Positions 12,717-26,235 are shown, counted from the stretch's first letter. The stretch: 64,000 bases of DNA from Octopus vulgaris (GCA_951406725.2 OX597817.1:66340001-66404000); one strand, 5' to 3'. Notes: generated by a model from the letters alone, not told the origin. Numbers and translations: made by a program.

Positions 12717-13749
12717 TTTAAGAGGAAGCGCAAGGTCCAATATATTGGATTTCCCACACTTCAAAGCGACTTATCAAGATTTTTCTATTGACTAATTGTT
12801 GCTAATGCATTACCGTCACCAGCTTCCACAGTCACTCAGTGGCGGTACCAGTCCAAGGAAAACTAGGGCTCCCAACAGCCTTTCCTGAATCTTGATCGGA
12901 CTCACAAAATTTAATATTAATGTAAACTTGTCATATTTTTCTCAATTTCCACGGATAACATCACTAATTTTTCACAGTAGCGTATTTCTTCCGCATCAGT
13001 TTGTAAAACGGGAATCAGCAGATAAGCATTGTAGATAATATCTTATCTTATTTTTGGCTCTTTTATTTTGGATAGTATCTTGTTTAATGTTTTTCTGTCG
13101 TTTTCCATATATATCAAGTACAATCAGTAATTTTTCAATAAACAAACGAGCACGGTACATTAATTATGCTCCGATTAGTACTACTCATTTTACTTATATC
13201 TTTGTGAAGTTACTCTACGAGTTCACAACTGTCTCATTTATTTTCATTGTTATTATCTACGAACACGAATTTTGCCGCCTTTTACGCTAGTTTCTCATTT
13301 TATAAATATTTCTGTGCAGTGAAGCCATGTCTTGGCCAATTTTTCGCCTTGTAAACATGAAGATTCTACTTTTACTTACCGGAAGAGATTTGATCTAAGA
13401 CCGTACATTGAAGCTAAAACAATTACAGCGGGAAAAGCTCATACAATATTAGCCATTCAAAAACACGCAAAGACTGTTAATTTCACGTTTATTAGTTGTG
13501 TCAAAACTTTCGGCGCGCCAACTGCGATCTGACACTGCATCTTGTTTGTAATGAGATTGTTGGTTGGTATATATATATAAGTTTCGGAGTCATAAATTTT
13601 ATTTAGGTCAGTCGTTCTGGTTGGGTGCTTATAGTTGGTCAGTGAACTTGTATTCGGTTTTATTTCACGTACTCTCTTCTTTCTTCGCTTCTGCGAGCCA
13701 CAAGCTTAATGGCCTCAAAGAAGTGAAGCTAGCAAATGGCGCGGAATAA

Positions 13750-13751
<2 letters not shown>

Positions 13752-13797
<46 letters not shown>

Positions 13798-13841
13798 GAG
13801 GAGGAGGAGGAGGAGGAGGAGGAGGAGAAGAAGAAGAAGAG
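13752..13841. repeat. Compound trinucleotide repeat (AGT)n(AGG)n(AAG)n
   Basis: Directly visible. Confidence 0.95.
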
Positions 13842-14484
13842 CTAATATGTGTCTTTCGCGCTGCAAATTGTTACTGTTTCTGTTATTTCTTGGTCAGTTC
13901 CGTTGTTATATTTTAATCTCTCTAATTTACATAGTTTGTTCTTATTTCTTACATTTTACTTTAATGCACTACTATAGATGTAGAAGCAGTGGAGCTGGAG
14001 AGGGTTGCGACAACGAATCTGTATTGACCAACGCTCCAATTTTCGGGAAAAATTTCGAGTGAAAATCCTCGATCAAAGACTGCTTGAACGATTTCTATGG
14101 TCAAAGGTTCGACTACAGAGATGCTGGATTTCCGACATTCAATACTTTGTAACGACTTAAATTCAAACTTTAATTGTGGTTACTGCAACATTGTGTTCTA
14201 CCGAGTATTCTTTTAGTACCCACAGGAAATTCCAAAGATAGCTACTCAACCATATGGGACAAGTTCGTCTGAATCATTTAGTACTGATTTGTTTTGAACA
14301 GGCATGCGCAAGTGCAGTTCTACCTGAAAATGTTGCCAAGATTATGAACATATTAGGCTTTAGGAAGTATAGGACTCTTCTGTGCTGAGATCTTATTTGA
14401 ACTTCTTGGTGTGACAACGATGTGCAAGTACGAAAACATCATCAAATATCGCCAGTTCATGAATACAATATGAATTAATTTAAA

Positions 14485-14842
14485 GGCGGCGAGCTGGCAG
14501 AAACGTTAGCACGCCGGGCGAAATGCGTAGCCGTATTTCGTCTGCCGTTACGTTCTGAGTTCAAATTCCGACGAGGCCGACTTTGCTTTTCGTCCCTTCG
14601 GGGTCGATAAATTAAGTACCAGTTACGCACTGGGGTCGATATAATCGACTTAATCCGTTTGTCTGTCCTTGTTTGTCCTCTGTGTGTTTAGCCCCTTGTG
14701 GGTAGTAAAGAAATAGGTTTTTCGTCTGCCGCTACGTTCTGAGTTCAAATTCCGCCAAGGTCGAGATTGCGTTCATCCTTTCGGAGTCGATAAATTAAGT
14801 ACCAGTTGCGTACTGGGGCCTTGTGCCTAGAGTAGAAAAGAA
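14485..14842 (+). mobile_element. SINE family A with partial internal duplication
   Basis: Full head ggcggcgagctggcagaaacgttagcacgccgggcgaaatgc; flanking attaatttaa direct repeat consistent with a TSD. Confidence 0.9.
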
Positions 14843-15679
14843 TATTAATTTAATTTACACTATTACTTCTTGATTTACGAGTGATTTGAAACGTTTTCTG
14901 GCAAAAAGCTTAGATTCTGCCCCAGCTTCCTACCTCTTAAAGATTTTGCGCATACACCTCTGTGTTCTATCGTTAGTGCTATTTTGTTTGATCCTTTTCT
15001 CTCTGTACACGCTACTGCAGTGAATATGCAGAGGTCACTTAAAGCATAAATGATTTTCGTTCTAGATCTGTCTGAGCCACCCTCATATTTAAACAAAATA
15101 TAGCTGATTTTTTAAGCTGAACAAAACTTCAGCTATTTTGTGGTGGAAGATAAACTGACCGCTTTGTAAAAAAATTTGTTTATTTAATAATGAAATATGA
15201 TAAGTAATACTAATTTATTTTTTAGTAATGATATATTACTGTGCCAAGTGGCTTTGTTAGCTGACCTTTTGTCGTTTTTTAAACAATCATTTATAAACAG
15301 TCTGTTGATCGTTTTCAGTGGATCCAATATGCAATGGATATAGAATTCACTAGAAAAAGTTTTGCTGGCTACGGAAGATATTAAACTTTCTTCAAATCCA
15401 AAGGTCTTCAGTGTGTAGAATTTGTTATTTTGATAAATGTTAATGAGTAAACAGATTCTAATTCAGTAGATTTAGAAGACAAAAGTAGTGACAAAGGTAA
15501 TCCCATTGTGACCGAGAACAAGGAACAAAGAGTCAAGTTGCATTTTGACCTGGAATCGAGAAGCCTCTCGTTTGAAATAACGAAGCTTTTCAGTGCTGAA
15601 ATTGATGTTTGTAAGACATTTCTATTTTAGCAGATTGAAGTTCGCAGAATGGGCTGAATTCGACGGATGAAATGACAAA

Positions 15680-16720
15680 TCAGTCAACTCTGGAAATGAA
15701 GCGAGTAACTGGTGGTCACCCGAAGCATCCCAGAAGAAAGAAGGGTTTACAACAGGGACAGAAGAATCCTTTCCGGAGATGGGGAGTGAAGTGGTGTCAT
15801 CAATAAGTTGGCGTCCTCTAACGTCCACAAGGAGAGAATAGTAATGTAAGAAATCAGCACCAAGAATGGGTCCGCAATGACGAAAATCCACTTGAAATCC
15901 CAACGGAGTGATAGATCTAGGGTAAAAGAGATTTGTCCGTAGGTTTTGATGGCGGAGTGATTCACCGCGTAGAGAGAGATGTCGGAAAGACCAGGATTGG
16001 TGGAAGTAAACCTTCGGGGCCAAATGCTTATGCTGGCACCCTTGTCCACCATAAATGACTTTGAAGAAATAGCATCTCGGATAAAAAAAAATGCACGGTA
16101 AGGTGTATCGATGGGGGAGACGACTGTCGTGCCCAGCGCCTCCCTGCCTAGATTCCCTGAGAAGAGTAAGAGCAGATCTTTTCAGCCTGGTCCTTGACTT
16201 TCCTATGGTACAAGCAAATTGAAGCAAGAGGCGCGCGTCCGAGCGAGAAAGAACGACGTCCGGTTCTCCCCGCAGAATGATTCCGTGAAAACTAACGGTC
16301 CTTGCACATGCGTGCAACTTGACGAGTCAGTTCTCCAATGGTCCGCAAGATTTTGGAGGATTGCATGTCGTCCGGATCAGAGTACAAGCTCGGGAGGAGG
16401 ACGAAGAAGCCCATTGAGGCAAAGGAAAAGGACTCACATTGAAGATAATAGGTAACGGAACGCCACGAAGAACGAGCTGGTTGAAAGATATGCCGTTAGA
16501 AATAGCAGTCAAACACCCTAGTTGAAGGAAGACACGACGAGCAGCGAAATAAGAATTTTTTTTTCAGTAGCAGCGGATGAAATAGGAGAAGTCTTTGCCA
16601 CCGGATGAAGAACAAAACATGGCCAACACATGGATAATCTGGGTAGGGTTGAGAACGAGAAACTCATACCTGACACGTAGGAAAAATTGTTGTCCATGTG
16701 AATTCTGGAGAAAATTCCGG
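15680..16720 (-). pseudogene. Gypsy LTR retrotransposon gag/protease remnant
   Basis: FMVDKGASISIWP (degenerate D-T/S-G-A aspartyl protease site), LYAVNHSAIKTYGQISFTLDLSLRWDFKWIFVIAD, PILGADFLHYYSLLVDVRGRQLID; frameshifted. Confidence 0.8.
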
Positions 16721-17870
16721 ATAAATGTTTTTTTACATGCAAAAGGAAATTCTCCCGGGACGTTTTGTTTATTCCTTTCTTCCGCGTTTCCTGTGGCGCT
16801 TTCTGTCGTTTTCTTCTTACTTTCTTTTTGGGGAGGGACTTCAGCCTTTTTCTGTAGTTGTTTTTTTTTTTTATAATTTTTTCGCACTCCGAGCAGTCGT
16901 GCCCTTTTTCTCCACATTTAAAGCATTTGGGTCTACGTCCCTCGACTGATACTCTAGCGCTCAGTCCCTCCCCTATAAAAATGTGGTCTGACCTCGATTC
17001 GAGTATTTCATTTGAGGCTTGAACTACCTTCTCGAGAGTTTGGCCTTTCCAATTTGGAGCCTCTCGCTTTTTCATTTGGAGTATTGTTGTTTCTTCTGCG
17101 TCGTAAATTACGGCCGTTGCCATCCATGTTACATCGTAATCAGCTGGTATCTCCTCTATTGCTATTTTTGCAGTTCTCCGTCCTAGGTAGGTCGGGAGCA
17201 ACATTATTTCATCACTTTTTAAAGTTTGCGCCGATATTTCTTTCGCTGTTTCAGCATTCTCGAATTGTCCCTCAACAGTGGCGTTTCTTGGTCCTCGACC
17301 GACATAGGTAATTTTCCCCATATGGGGGCGAAGCACCTCTCTACCACCTCGTTCTTCACTGACATAATTCTTTTTTTCTTTACGGTTGTATATTTTGTAT
17401 ACTATCGTTCTGGCAGTTAAGTTTTGTATCATATCCTGTGGTGGCAGAAGTTTTGTTTCGTTGCCACTTTTTATGATTTCGAGACTTAAATAATTGTTCC
17501 TTAGACACCTCCAATTCACAGAAATTGTCACCGATAGCAGCAGAGAAACTTGGCTTTTCCTTTCCTTCCTGGTTACCAACTTGATTACTTTCTTTCATTG
17601 CCGGGAAGTCCTCCATTGAGAACAGAAAGTCGACATTCGACAATAGATTTAATTCCATTTTTACAAATGGCCTCCGAATTCCAGAAAAAATCGAAAATAT
17701 TTATGTCAAAAATGACAAAAATTAATTTTTTTACCCTGTAATGGGTAAAAAATCACAAAAAGCAGTCCAATAAGTTACGCATAAAACAATTTTTTCCCCG
17801 TAGGGCGAAAATTTTCGCCAAAACGACGACAACAGTCCAATTCCAGCAAGAGCTCAAACGTAACAACAGA
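16720..17870 (-). mobile_element. Non-LTR retrotransposon 5' portion: 5'UTR plus ORF1 with CCHC zinc knuckle
   Basis: ORF 16518-17579 contains ARVSVEGRRPKCFKCGEKGHDCSEC (CX2CX4HX4C) after an RRM-like region; the N-terminus continues in frameshifted ORF 17380-17658 (KPSFSAAIG); no ORF2 follows. Confidence 0.72.
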
Positions 17871-18035
17871 TAATTCAACAACAACAAAAATACATAAACC
17901 AAATAAACTCACGAAGCAACAGCAGACGAGTGAAAACCACCGGTGGACGATGGGAAGTGGTTCTCAATGCAAATATATATACTTTTTCCTGTGACGAAAA
18001 GTCACTGATCTCGAAAAACTGGAAACAAGCAATAA

Positions 18036-18354
18036 TAAATCTCTGAGCCAGGTATAAATAGTAGCAGCACGACATCGTGAAGTATATTTTCCACCTAAAT
18101 GTGGCTAACCCTTAAGGGTGGAAGCTATTGTTGCTTGTAGCCCTGGAAGACATCTCCTCCAGCTGGCTATTGACACACATTCTGTGCAAATACTGATAGA
18201 GCACAGAATGTGTGTCAATAGCCAGCTGGAAGAGAATATTTTCCTGGGGCTACAAGCAACAGTAGCATCATCTCTTAAGAGTTAACCACATTTTGGTAGC
18301 AAATATACTTCACGATGTCGGGCAGCTACTGTTTATACCTCGTTCAGAGATTTA
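18036..18354. repeat. Long imperfect inverted repeat (~150-bp arms, ~13-nt spacer), MITE-like
   Basis: taaatctctga...ccagctggctattgacacacattctgtgc / gcacagaatgtgtgtcaatagccagctgg...tcagagattta. Confidence 0.85.
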
Positions 18355-18404
18355 TGTATGTATGTATGTATGTATGTATGTATGTATGTATGTATGTATG
18401 TATG

Positions 18405-19145
18405 TGTAGTGGATCTTGCAAGCATGAAGTGGATTCGATCCACCATAGCCAAATTTAAATTAACTCTGCAACAGAACTTTTTCCACGGTGGAACAATGGT
18501 TTTTCTCTGACAGCAATTTTACATTTTCCAGATGCCTTTGTCTAGGCCGAAATAATGTCTTCACCACTTGACTCTTTCTAACCTCTTCTACTTCACCAAA
18601 AGCTAGAATAGAGATAACAAGAACACAAACTAAATCTATTGTTCTCAAAGATATGTCTATCCTTCTGGATAGTTATAAAAGCAAGAACACCCCAAGCAAA
18701 AGTCAGTCGGTGACGACTCAACGAGTTCAGTCACATGGTGACGACTCAATGAGAACGAAGTCTGGCTGACCAGCTAGAACCTTGGTCAGAGGGAGAAATG
18801 AAGTTTACTGTTAGCAACTGTGAGACAACGTCCCACACCCTACAACTCTCACTAGCTCTAAATCTGTTCTCTTACGGCATCATTCTATCTCTCTCTGTAA
18901 TTACTACTAAACAATGAAGAGGACACAAACACAAACTTTACTTCGCATGCTTTTGGATTTATCATAACTTGCCCGTCGAGGCAAGGTATTGTAACGTAAC
19001 GGTAAATAAATATTACCTTAAAACTTCATGTATTGTCTATCTTTCACATCTTACAACTTGCCGTTATAACAACAAATTTTTATCGTTACAACTGCTGACT
19101 CCGACATTTCATAATATTGTTTACTAATCAACCTTTATCGTTACA
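18405..19145 (+). mobile_element. Solo LTR inserted in a (TATG)n microsatellite
   Basis: TGTAGTGG...TCGTTACA termini, tatg on both sides, AATAAA near 19005; second copy at ~27961-28941. Confidence 0.78.
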
Positions 19146-19544
19146 TATGTATGTATTATGTATATGAGTATGTATGTATGTATGTATGTATGTATGTATG
19201 TATGTATGTATGTATGTATGTATGTATGTATGTATGTATGTATGTATGTATGTATGTATGTATGTATAACGTTGGTCCTTTATCAGAAGAAAAGCATAAG
19301 AGTGGGAAAGAGGATATTGTGGTTGAGAAAAAAAGAAAGAAAGAAAGAAAAAAAGAGAAGCGGATGTGGGTTAGAAGCCAGATGGGAGTGCTGTCCTATG
19401 CAAGTGAGTTAAGAAGAGAGTGGGAGTGTTGCACAAACAGGAGTGTACCCGTATCTTGTTATGAGCATAAGATAAGGAGTGGTGTATGTATGTATGTACA
19501 AGAGTGGAAGTATAATGCTGTGGGTTCTTAACAACTGATAGTTG

Positions 19545-20020
19545 AGGTTTGAACGCCTTACTTCCCTGGGCATGGACACATTGAAACTCCGACGTCTCGC
19601 AGCTGACTTGGCAGACACCCATAAAATTATCAAACATCGTACAAACAATAACTCTGAGCACCTTTTCAAACTCCACCCATCTAACACCCGTGGACATATT
19701 TACAAAGTAAGAAAACAGCACAGCTCCCATGACTTCAGGAAACATTTTTTCACGCTGAGAGTTGCTGAAGCATGGAACAAACTGCCGGCATCAGTTGTTA
19801 GTTGTCGGAGCACTGCATCCTTCAAAACTTCCATGCTTCCTGAGATTCGCTAACACTACACTTGATTTTCTCCCCTCCATACACACACAAGCATGTATCT
19901 GACTCATACATTGTTCGCTTTCCAGACATTTCTACATTACTGCATGTACTTTATATGCACTTTCTGACAAGTTGTGGTGCACCACTGTATACAATAATTT
20001 CATTATTATTTATTATTATA
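19545..20020 (+). mobile_element. CR1-clade LINE 3' end
   Basis: ERLTSLGMDTLKLRRLAADL..HKII..TRGHIYKV..RKHFFTLRVAEAWNKLPASVVSCRSTASFK, typical of the CR1 ORF2 C-terminus; (TTA)n tail. Confidence 0.85.
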
Positions 20021-20839
20021 AATAATGCTGGTTTGAGTAAGGTTGCATGTGTAAAGGAAGAACGAGGAAAGCAGGATTAAGTGCGACGATTTATTCAACC
20101 CGTTAAAAAGTGTTAAGACAGCAAATGTATAGAGATACATCTTGAAGGAACAATCAGAACACATACACAATGGTTTAACAAGCAGATGGTACATAATGAA
20201 GATGTATACTGGATAGAACAGGAAAAACACATACGAGACATAACTTTTTCTGGAGTGCAGGAACAAAATACACATCGAGAACTCCACTACGCAAAACTCA
20301 CCTCACCGAAGAAAATAGCGGGAAGACACTCCCTATATAGCTGAGGGTAGCGCACTTGGTTGGGCTGTCATGTGATGGGATGGACAACTCACGTAAAGCT
20401 AACGGGAATCGACCATTACATGAGGTACTTAAAGAACTGAACTAAATGTGCTTGCTACAGGTTAGTGGGGTGTGAGGTATCAGTGTATATATATGATGAA
20501 AGCATTGGAATGAGAATGTGGAACCGGGCATGAGTAAGGCAAAAGGAAAGGCAAGAAGAATGTGAAGGGTTTCATAGAAGTGTTACAAAGGTATGCGCGT
20601 GAGACATTGTTACATAGAAGGAAGGCACGAACAAGAGAAGCGAAAGAGGGGGGAAAATGCGGAAATTCAGGTAAGAGGAAAAGTGAGACAAAATATTGAG
20701 ATTGAATAGAGGATCCTAAAGCGATTGCAACCACGAAAGGGAGATAGAAAGTCCACAGATTCCAAAGACGAGGAAGAGGTTGTAAATTCCGTTGTGAGAA
20801 AAATCGGGAAAATCAGCCGATGGGAATTCGGTCATAGTG

Positions 20840-20860
20840 CACATACACGCACGCACGCAC

Positions 20861-20891
<31 letters not shown>

Positions 20892-21147
20892 CATACATAC
20901 ATACATACATACATACATACGTAATACATTCATACATAATACATACATACATACATACACACGTATGTACATACATACATACATACATGCATACATCCAT
21001 GCATACATACATATATACATACATACATACATACATACATACATACATACATACATACATACAGGCATACATAAATACATACATACATACATACATACAT
21101 ACATACATACATACATACATACATACATACATACATACACACACACA
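20840..21147. repeat. (CATA)n microsatellite
   Basis: Directly visible. Confidence 0.95.
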
Positions 21148-21658
21148 TCGGATGATTAGACGCAGCTGTTGAGACGCTGCTGATTTGTCACGGCTGACTG
21201 GATACAACACTTGTTTTGATGATGGCCTATTTGACGTCAATACTTTGTAACACTGGATGCGAAGATTGCAGAGAGAGAGGGTGAAAAAGTGAGAGAATGA
21301 AAGAAACATTTAACGATCCCGATTGCTATTAACGCAAACAGGTCTCCACTGCACATACATATTAAGAAAACACACAAATGGAGCGAAAGGAGGAGAGAGA
21401 GAGCTTGCACGCTCACTTCACTGCCTCAGTCACGCAACAACTGGCACATTCAGCACTTATGCGCACGCTCGTTCACTCTGCCTCAGTCGCACACCGACTG
21501 ACATACTGTGCAGTCTGCTCACGCAAAGCGACACCACTATTCGGACTCACACGAATAGATACCTGTCCTGTATACCATCTCAAGATTCCCCTCGGATCCC
21601 TCTCCTGATATGCACAATTTTTCTCAGCCTTGAATCACATTTACCAACAACAAAATAC

Positions 21659-22939
21659 GGATCTTTTCTATTTTGAGGCCAGTTTTTTCACATTTTTCCT
21701 ACTGAACCAAACAATTTGAAACTTCGTATACTGGTAGAATGTGTCAAAAGTAAACTTAATTGTAAACTAGAATGAAAACGGAATTGTAACTTCTAAGTTT
21801 AACGTTGTTTAATAATTAGAATTTTAACCAATGATATTCCGTCATTCGGCTTTATTTTATTTACTCCGTCTCGACCACCAATTTCGTGACGTATTTAACA
21901 TCTTAAATGTAAACAAGCTATAGTCAGCCACCTTCTAATAACAAAAGTTTGTCTTTGAAGTTACCGTGCATGGGAGCATTGATGGACATGTGTGTTTGAT
22001 GGGGTGTGGGAGACAGACAGTATGTTGTGTAAGTGAAGTGCTTCTGTTAGTGTGTGTGAAGAGACAGAGAGAGTAATGTGTGAAAGAGAGAGATAACTGA
22101 AATTTTTTACTCGGTGTATGTGTATATGTATGTCTGCATGTATGTGTGTGTGTATGTATGTGTAAGTATGTGTGTGTGTGTATGTATGTGTGTGTGTATG
22201 TATGTATGGCCGATTCATCGTAATTACGATGAATCGGCCATACATACATAGATACATACACACACATACATGCAGACATACATATACACATACACCGAGT
22301 AAAAAATTTCAGTTATCTCTCTCTTTCACACATTACTCTCTCTGTCTCTTCACACACACTAACAGAAGCACTTCACTTACACAACATACTGTCTCCCACA
22401 CCCCATCAAACACACACACACACACACATGTACATCAATGCTTCCCCTAGACGGTAACTTCAAAGACAAACTTCCCTCGTCATAAAATCGCTTCCTCTTA
22501 GTCTCTTTCGCTCTCATTACTTATGTAAAAAAATAAAAGTTTTTTACGGAAATCGACGGAAAACTTGAGCTACGACAAGCGAAACTTCGCCGAAATTTAA
22601 TATTAAAAAAGCAAGAGCTGGCAGAAACGTTAGCACGCCGGGCGAAATGCGTAGCCGTATTTCGTCTGCCGTGTTTGTTTACAGTTTTCCGAACGTCACA
22701 AAAGCGCTTTCTACGTCACACTAATAGAATGCAGTCAAGTTTTACACATGAAAACAAACAATCTGATTGGTTAAAATTCGCAGTTTTAATCTACGATTAA
22801 AGTCATAAAATAGATTTTTCTCAAATAAACTAGTTCCAACCTGTGTCTTGTTTTGCTAGACTCTATCAGCATACGAAGTTTCAGATTATTTAGTTAAGTA
22901 GAAAGATCTGTGGTCCTGGCTTCAGAATAGAAAAGATCC
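21659..22939. mobile_element. Non-autonomous TIR DNA transposon (GG-terminal, 8-bp TSD; Mutator- or Merlin-like)
   Basis: TIRs ggatcttttctatt / aatagaaaagatcc extending imperfectly inward; exact TSD caaaatac (21651-21658 / 22940-22947); contains a long palindrome and a SINE A head (~22613-22672); superfamily is inferred. Confidence 0.85.
21945..22473. repeat. ~530-bp near-perfect palindrome with no spacer
   Basis: Centre ggccgattcatcgtaa|ttacgatgaatcggcc at 22223/22224; arms match out to aagtttgtctttgaagttaccgt / acggtaacttcaaagacaaactt. Confidence 0.93.
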
Positions 22940-22960
22940 CAAAATACTTTTCACAATTGA

Positions 22961-23648
22961 ACGTTATTTTCCCCTTGTCTTAAAATGCACTTTTGTATGG
23001 ATGCACTCTTTTCCTGGATCGTTCGTTTCTTTTCTTTTTTTTTTTTTAGAAACTCCAGCGGGGGAGTAGAGTAGGGACCTCACTTCGCCCTGCCTGAGAT
23101 TTGAGACCAAATCTACCCGCTTATTGCAAGCAGGAAATCCTCTCCACACCAGATTATTGATAAGGAAGCACTTGATCCCCAAGGACCTGTGCTGGTCGAG
23201 GAAAGGTCAGTCCTTTGTTTAGGGTTTGACCTACATTACTGACCATAGTCTATATAACACAGAACTTTTCCTAGCTCTCCCTCAGCAGACTAAGGAGCAA
23301 CACGCTTTTTTGCGTCAGCCATGACCAAGGGCACAATTCCCTTCTCCCTTAGTTCGACGTACGAAGAGAAGCTTTCGGCCGCAAGAAAGACAGTGCCACC
23401 TTTATCCTTTCTTCCTTTCTAGTCAGTACCGTATATTCTTTACTCTTTCACTCTCTACTGACAGCAACTTCTACACTATCAACTACTAACCAGTGAGCCA
23501 TCCTTGTTGTCACTATCACTAGAACTGTCTCTCTACCTGTCGAGCAAACGAATAAATATAGGTAAATAATATTTCTTCTTTGTTGGTGTTGATTCTTCAA
23601 TGTTCACTGGTTACTCTGACGCGAGAACCTTTAATTGTTACACCTACA
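22961..23648 (+). mobile_element. Possible solo LTR
   Basis: TATA-like ctatataa near 23250, AATAAA at 23551, ends gttacacctaca; no clear TSD or TG start. Confidence 0.35.
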
Positions 23649-23859
23649 CGATCGACATGATGTGGAATGTCACAGCCAGCCCGCTACAAATACATACTCT
23701 TCCAGTTCTTCTGGGTGTCATACTAATACACTTTGTTGTCCCTTCACCTGTCTCTACCTTTTGGTTTTGTTCAATTCCAAGCCGTGCGTGCGTGTGCGCG
23801 CGCGTTTTTGTTTGTGAATGTACGAATGTATGTATGTATATAAGGCAAGCATCATTGGT

Positions 23860-24275
23860 GGATGTCTGTAGCAGGTTATCCAGGCCTCGCACCCATGCAA
23901 CAGTGCTTGAGAGACCTCAACTTTCGTTGCTGCTTTGATGTCCAATTGCAACTAGGGACTCGATTCGAGCTTTGGGAATGCATAGAAGGCCTAAGAAAGT
24001 CTACGACTGACCTCCTCGTCATGTGCTTTAAATCTAGATAGTGTTGTGCTACCAAAGTAGAAAAACGAATCCACGACTTTTAATTTTTTAAGCTTGTCGT
24101 ACATTGATGATTGGATTATGGCTTACCTTGTGATGGTTGTAGCATGACTACAGTCTTCTTAAGAATAAGTATAAACTCATCAAACGTGGCTGAAAAACAG
24201 TCTATCAGGAGCTGCAGGTCTTCCTCGTTGTGAGTTATGAGATCGTAATCACCAGCGCAAAGGGGATCATGAATG
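23860..24275 (-). pseudogene. Degenerate RTE (BovB-like) reverse transcriptase fragment
   Basis: HDPLCAGDYDLITHNEEDLQLLIDCFSATFDEF..LKKTVVMLQPSQGKP and KAATKVEV..ALLHGCEAW.TCYRH resemble RTE RT motifs (LFADD..AHSEEDLQ; TLLYGCETW). Confidence 0.75.
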
Positions 24276-24936
24276 AGAGCGACAGAAACAGTATTAGTTA
24301 AGAATAGCATTCTATCTATCTTACTTAGTGTGGCTATACTGTAGAAAGCTACAAAACTTTGTTATTCGTCCTGAGAAAGTATTTTCTATACATTTATAAT
24401 GCTTAAAATATCAGAAGTGTACTCTTTAGAACTACACGAAATACTTTCTCAAGACGAATACCGAAGATTTGAGGCATTTTACAGAACATCCATGTTAAGT
24501 AAAATACGCAGAAAAACAAATGCGCGCGCGCGCACACACACACACACACTCTTTTACAAAAATAGGACGCACACCTTCCAAGCCATAACTATCATACAAA
24601 AACATGATATAGCTGAAAATAATTACCTATTGATGACGTCATAAACCCCAAAAAACTAGTTTCACGATTTTATCAAGATCACATTAAGAAATAGCAGGAC
24701 ATACATCCTCCAACCATAACTACCACTGAAACATACCAACAAAAACCTGACCTAGCTAAAAAAAAAAAAAAAAAAAAATCTATTTACGGCTACCTAAATA
24801 CACAAGTCTGATTTTATCAAGTGCCTTATTATATCTTATCAGACACTAGAAACCTGTCAGCCACATTTTTGGCAAGTCAAACACAATGCATATCCATGTT
24901 GCACTAGTGTAACATGTATCATTTTTGTAAATTAAA

Positions 24937-25135
24937 GCGGCTATCAGGCAGAATCGTTACCGCACTGAACAAAATGCTTAGCAGTATGTCTTCCGATGTT
25001 TCGCTCTGAGCTCAAATGCTGCCGGGGTCGACTTTACCTTTCATCTTTCAGGGCCGATAAAATAAATTCTGGGGTCGATGTAATTAACTTACCTCCTCCC
25101 CATAAAATTGCTGGCCTTGCGCTAAAATTAGAAAT
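24937..25135 (+). mobile_element. SINE family A, degenerate
   Basis: gcggctatcaggcagaatcgtt...ggtcgactttacctttcatc...ctggccttg. Confidence 0.75.
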
Positions 25136-25194
25136 AATTTTTTTTATAAGTCAGAAATAATGGTCAGTCAGAAACGATTTATTTACTGTGTTAA

Positions 25195-25479
25195 GGCGGC
25201 GAGCAGGCAGAATCGTTAGCACGCCGGGCGAAATACTTAGCAGTGTTAAGGCGGCGAGCAGGCAGAATCGTTAGCACGCCGGGCGAAAGACTTAGCAGTA
25301 TTTCGTCTGCCGCTACGTTGTGAGTTCAAATTCCGCCGAGGTCGACTTTGCCTTTCATCCTTTCGGGTTCGATAAATTAAATACCAGTTACGCACTGGGT
25401 CGATCTAATCGACTTAGTCCCTTTGTCTGGCCTTGTTTGTCCCCTCTATGTTTCGCCCCTTGTGGGCAATAAAGAAATA
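25195..25479 (+). mobile_element. SINE family A with duplicated 5' head
   Basis: Head repeated twice; 24-bp TSD agaaacgatttatttactgtgtta (25170-25193 / 25480-25503). Confidence 0.9.
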
Positions 25480-26235
25480 AGAAACGATTTATTTACTGTG
25501 TTACTTTTTTGGCTATTTAAATAGAACCAGTCTGAGCTGGTTTACTTAGTGACTACGAACAACATAGTTTGTTGTATTATTTGTCTCTCGCTCTCCTAGC
25601 TAAACAAAATATTTTACTAGTTTAAACGGACGTGTATTTAGTTTGTCTAGCCAGTATAACTACCACTCGATCGCTAAGCTTAGGTTGATTATGACCTTCG
25701 AGATTCCAATCGTTCGTTACTGCATGCAAACTGATTTTCTCGTTGCTGATGGCTTTTTATTTCCTTGCACATTTGACTTTACAACACAAATTATTCCGCT
25801 GATACGAATATTTCCCTATACATTATCCAACTGACTTTGTAAAACATATATATGTAAGAAATATATATCTACATTTTACATAATACGTTTTACTACAACA
25901 CAGATTATCTGAGTTATGTGTGCGTAATTTTACAAACTCGTTCATGTAAAATTTGTCTGGACTGGTCTTGTATATGTGCGCGCGCGTGTTATAGCAAATT
26001 TGTATTTACAAGCCACTTACCGTGAAATTATCATTGCTCAATTCTACTAACAAGATCAGAAGAGGTTTGTTTAGGAAATAAAGGGGAAATTATTCATAAT
26101 CAATTAATATTATCCTCGTCAACAATGCTTTCATTTCTTACATTTATTAGCGACAAAAATAAAACACCTCAAAAACAGCAAAACAACTAGATAAACAAGA
26201 TGTGAAATAATTAATGGAAGCCAGTGAACCATGAT

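Noticed and set aside
13736-14062. Poly-Ser/poly-Arg ORF
   Set aside because: Derived from the (AGT)n(AGG)n(AAG)n repeat; the remainder has no coding signature.
20050-20459. Possible minus-strand solo LTR (tgtaaagg...gctaca)
   Set aside because: No TSD consistent with TG..CA ends and no second copy in the window.
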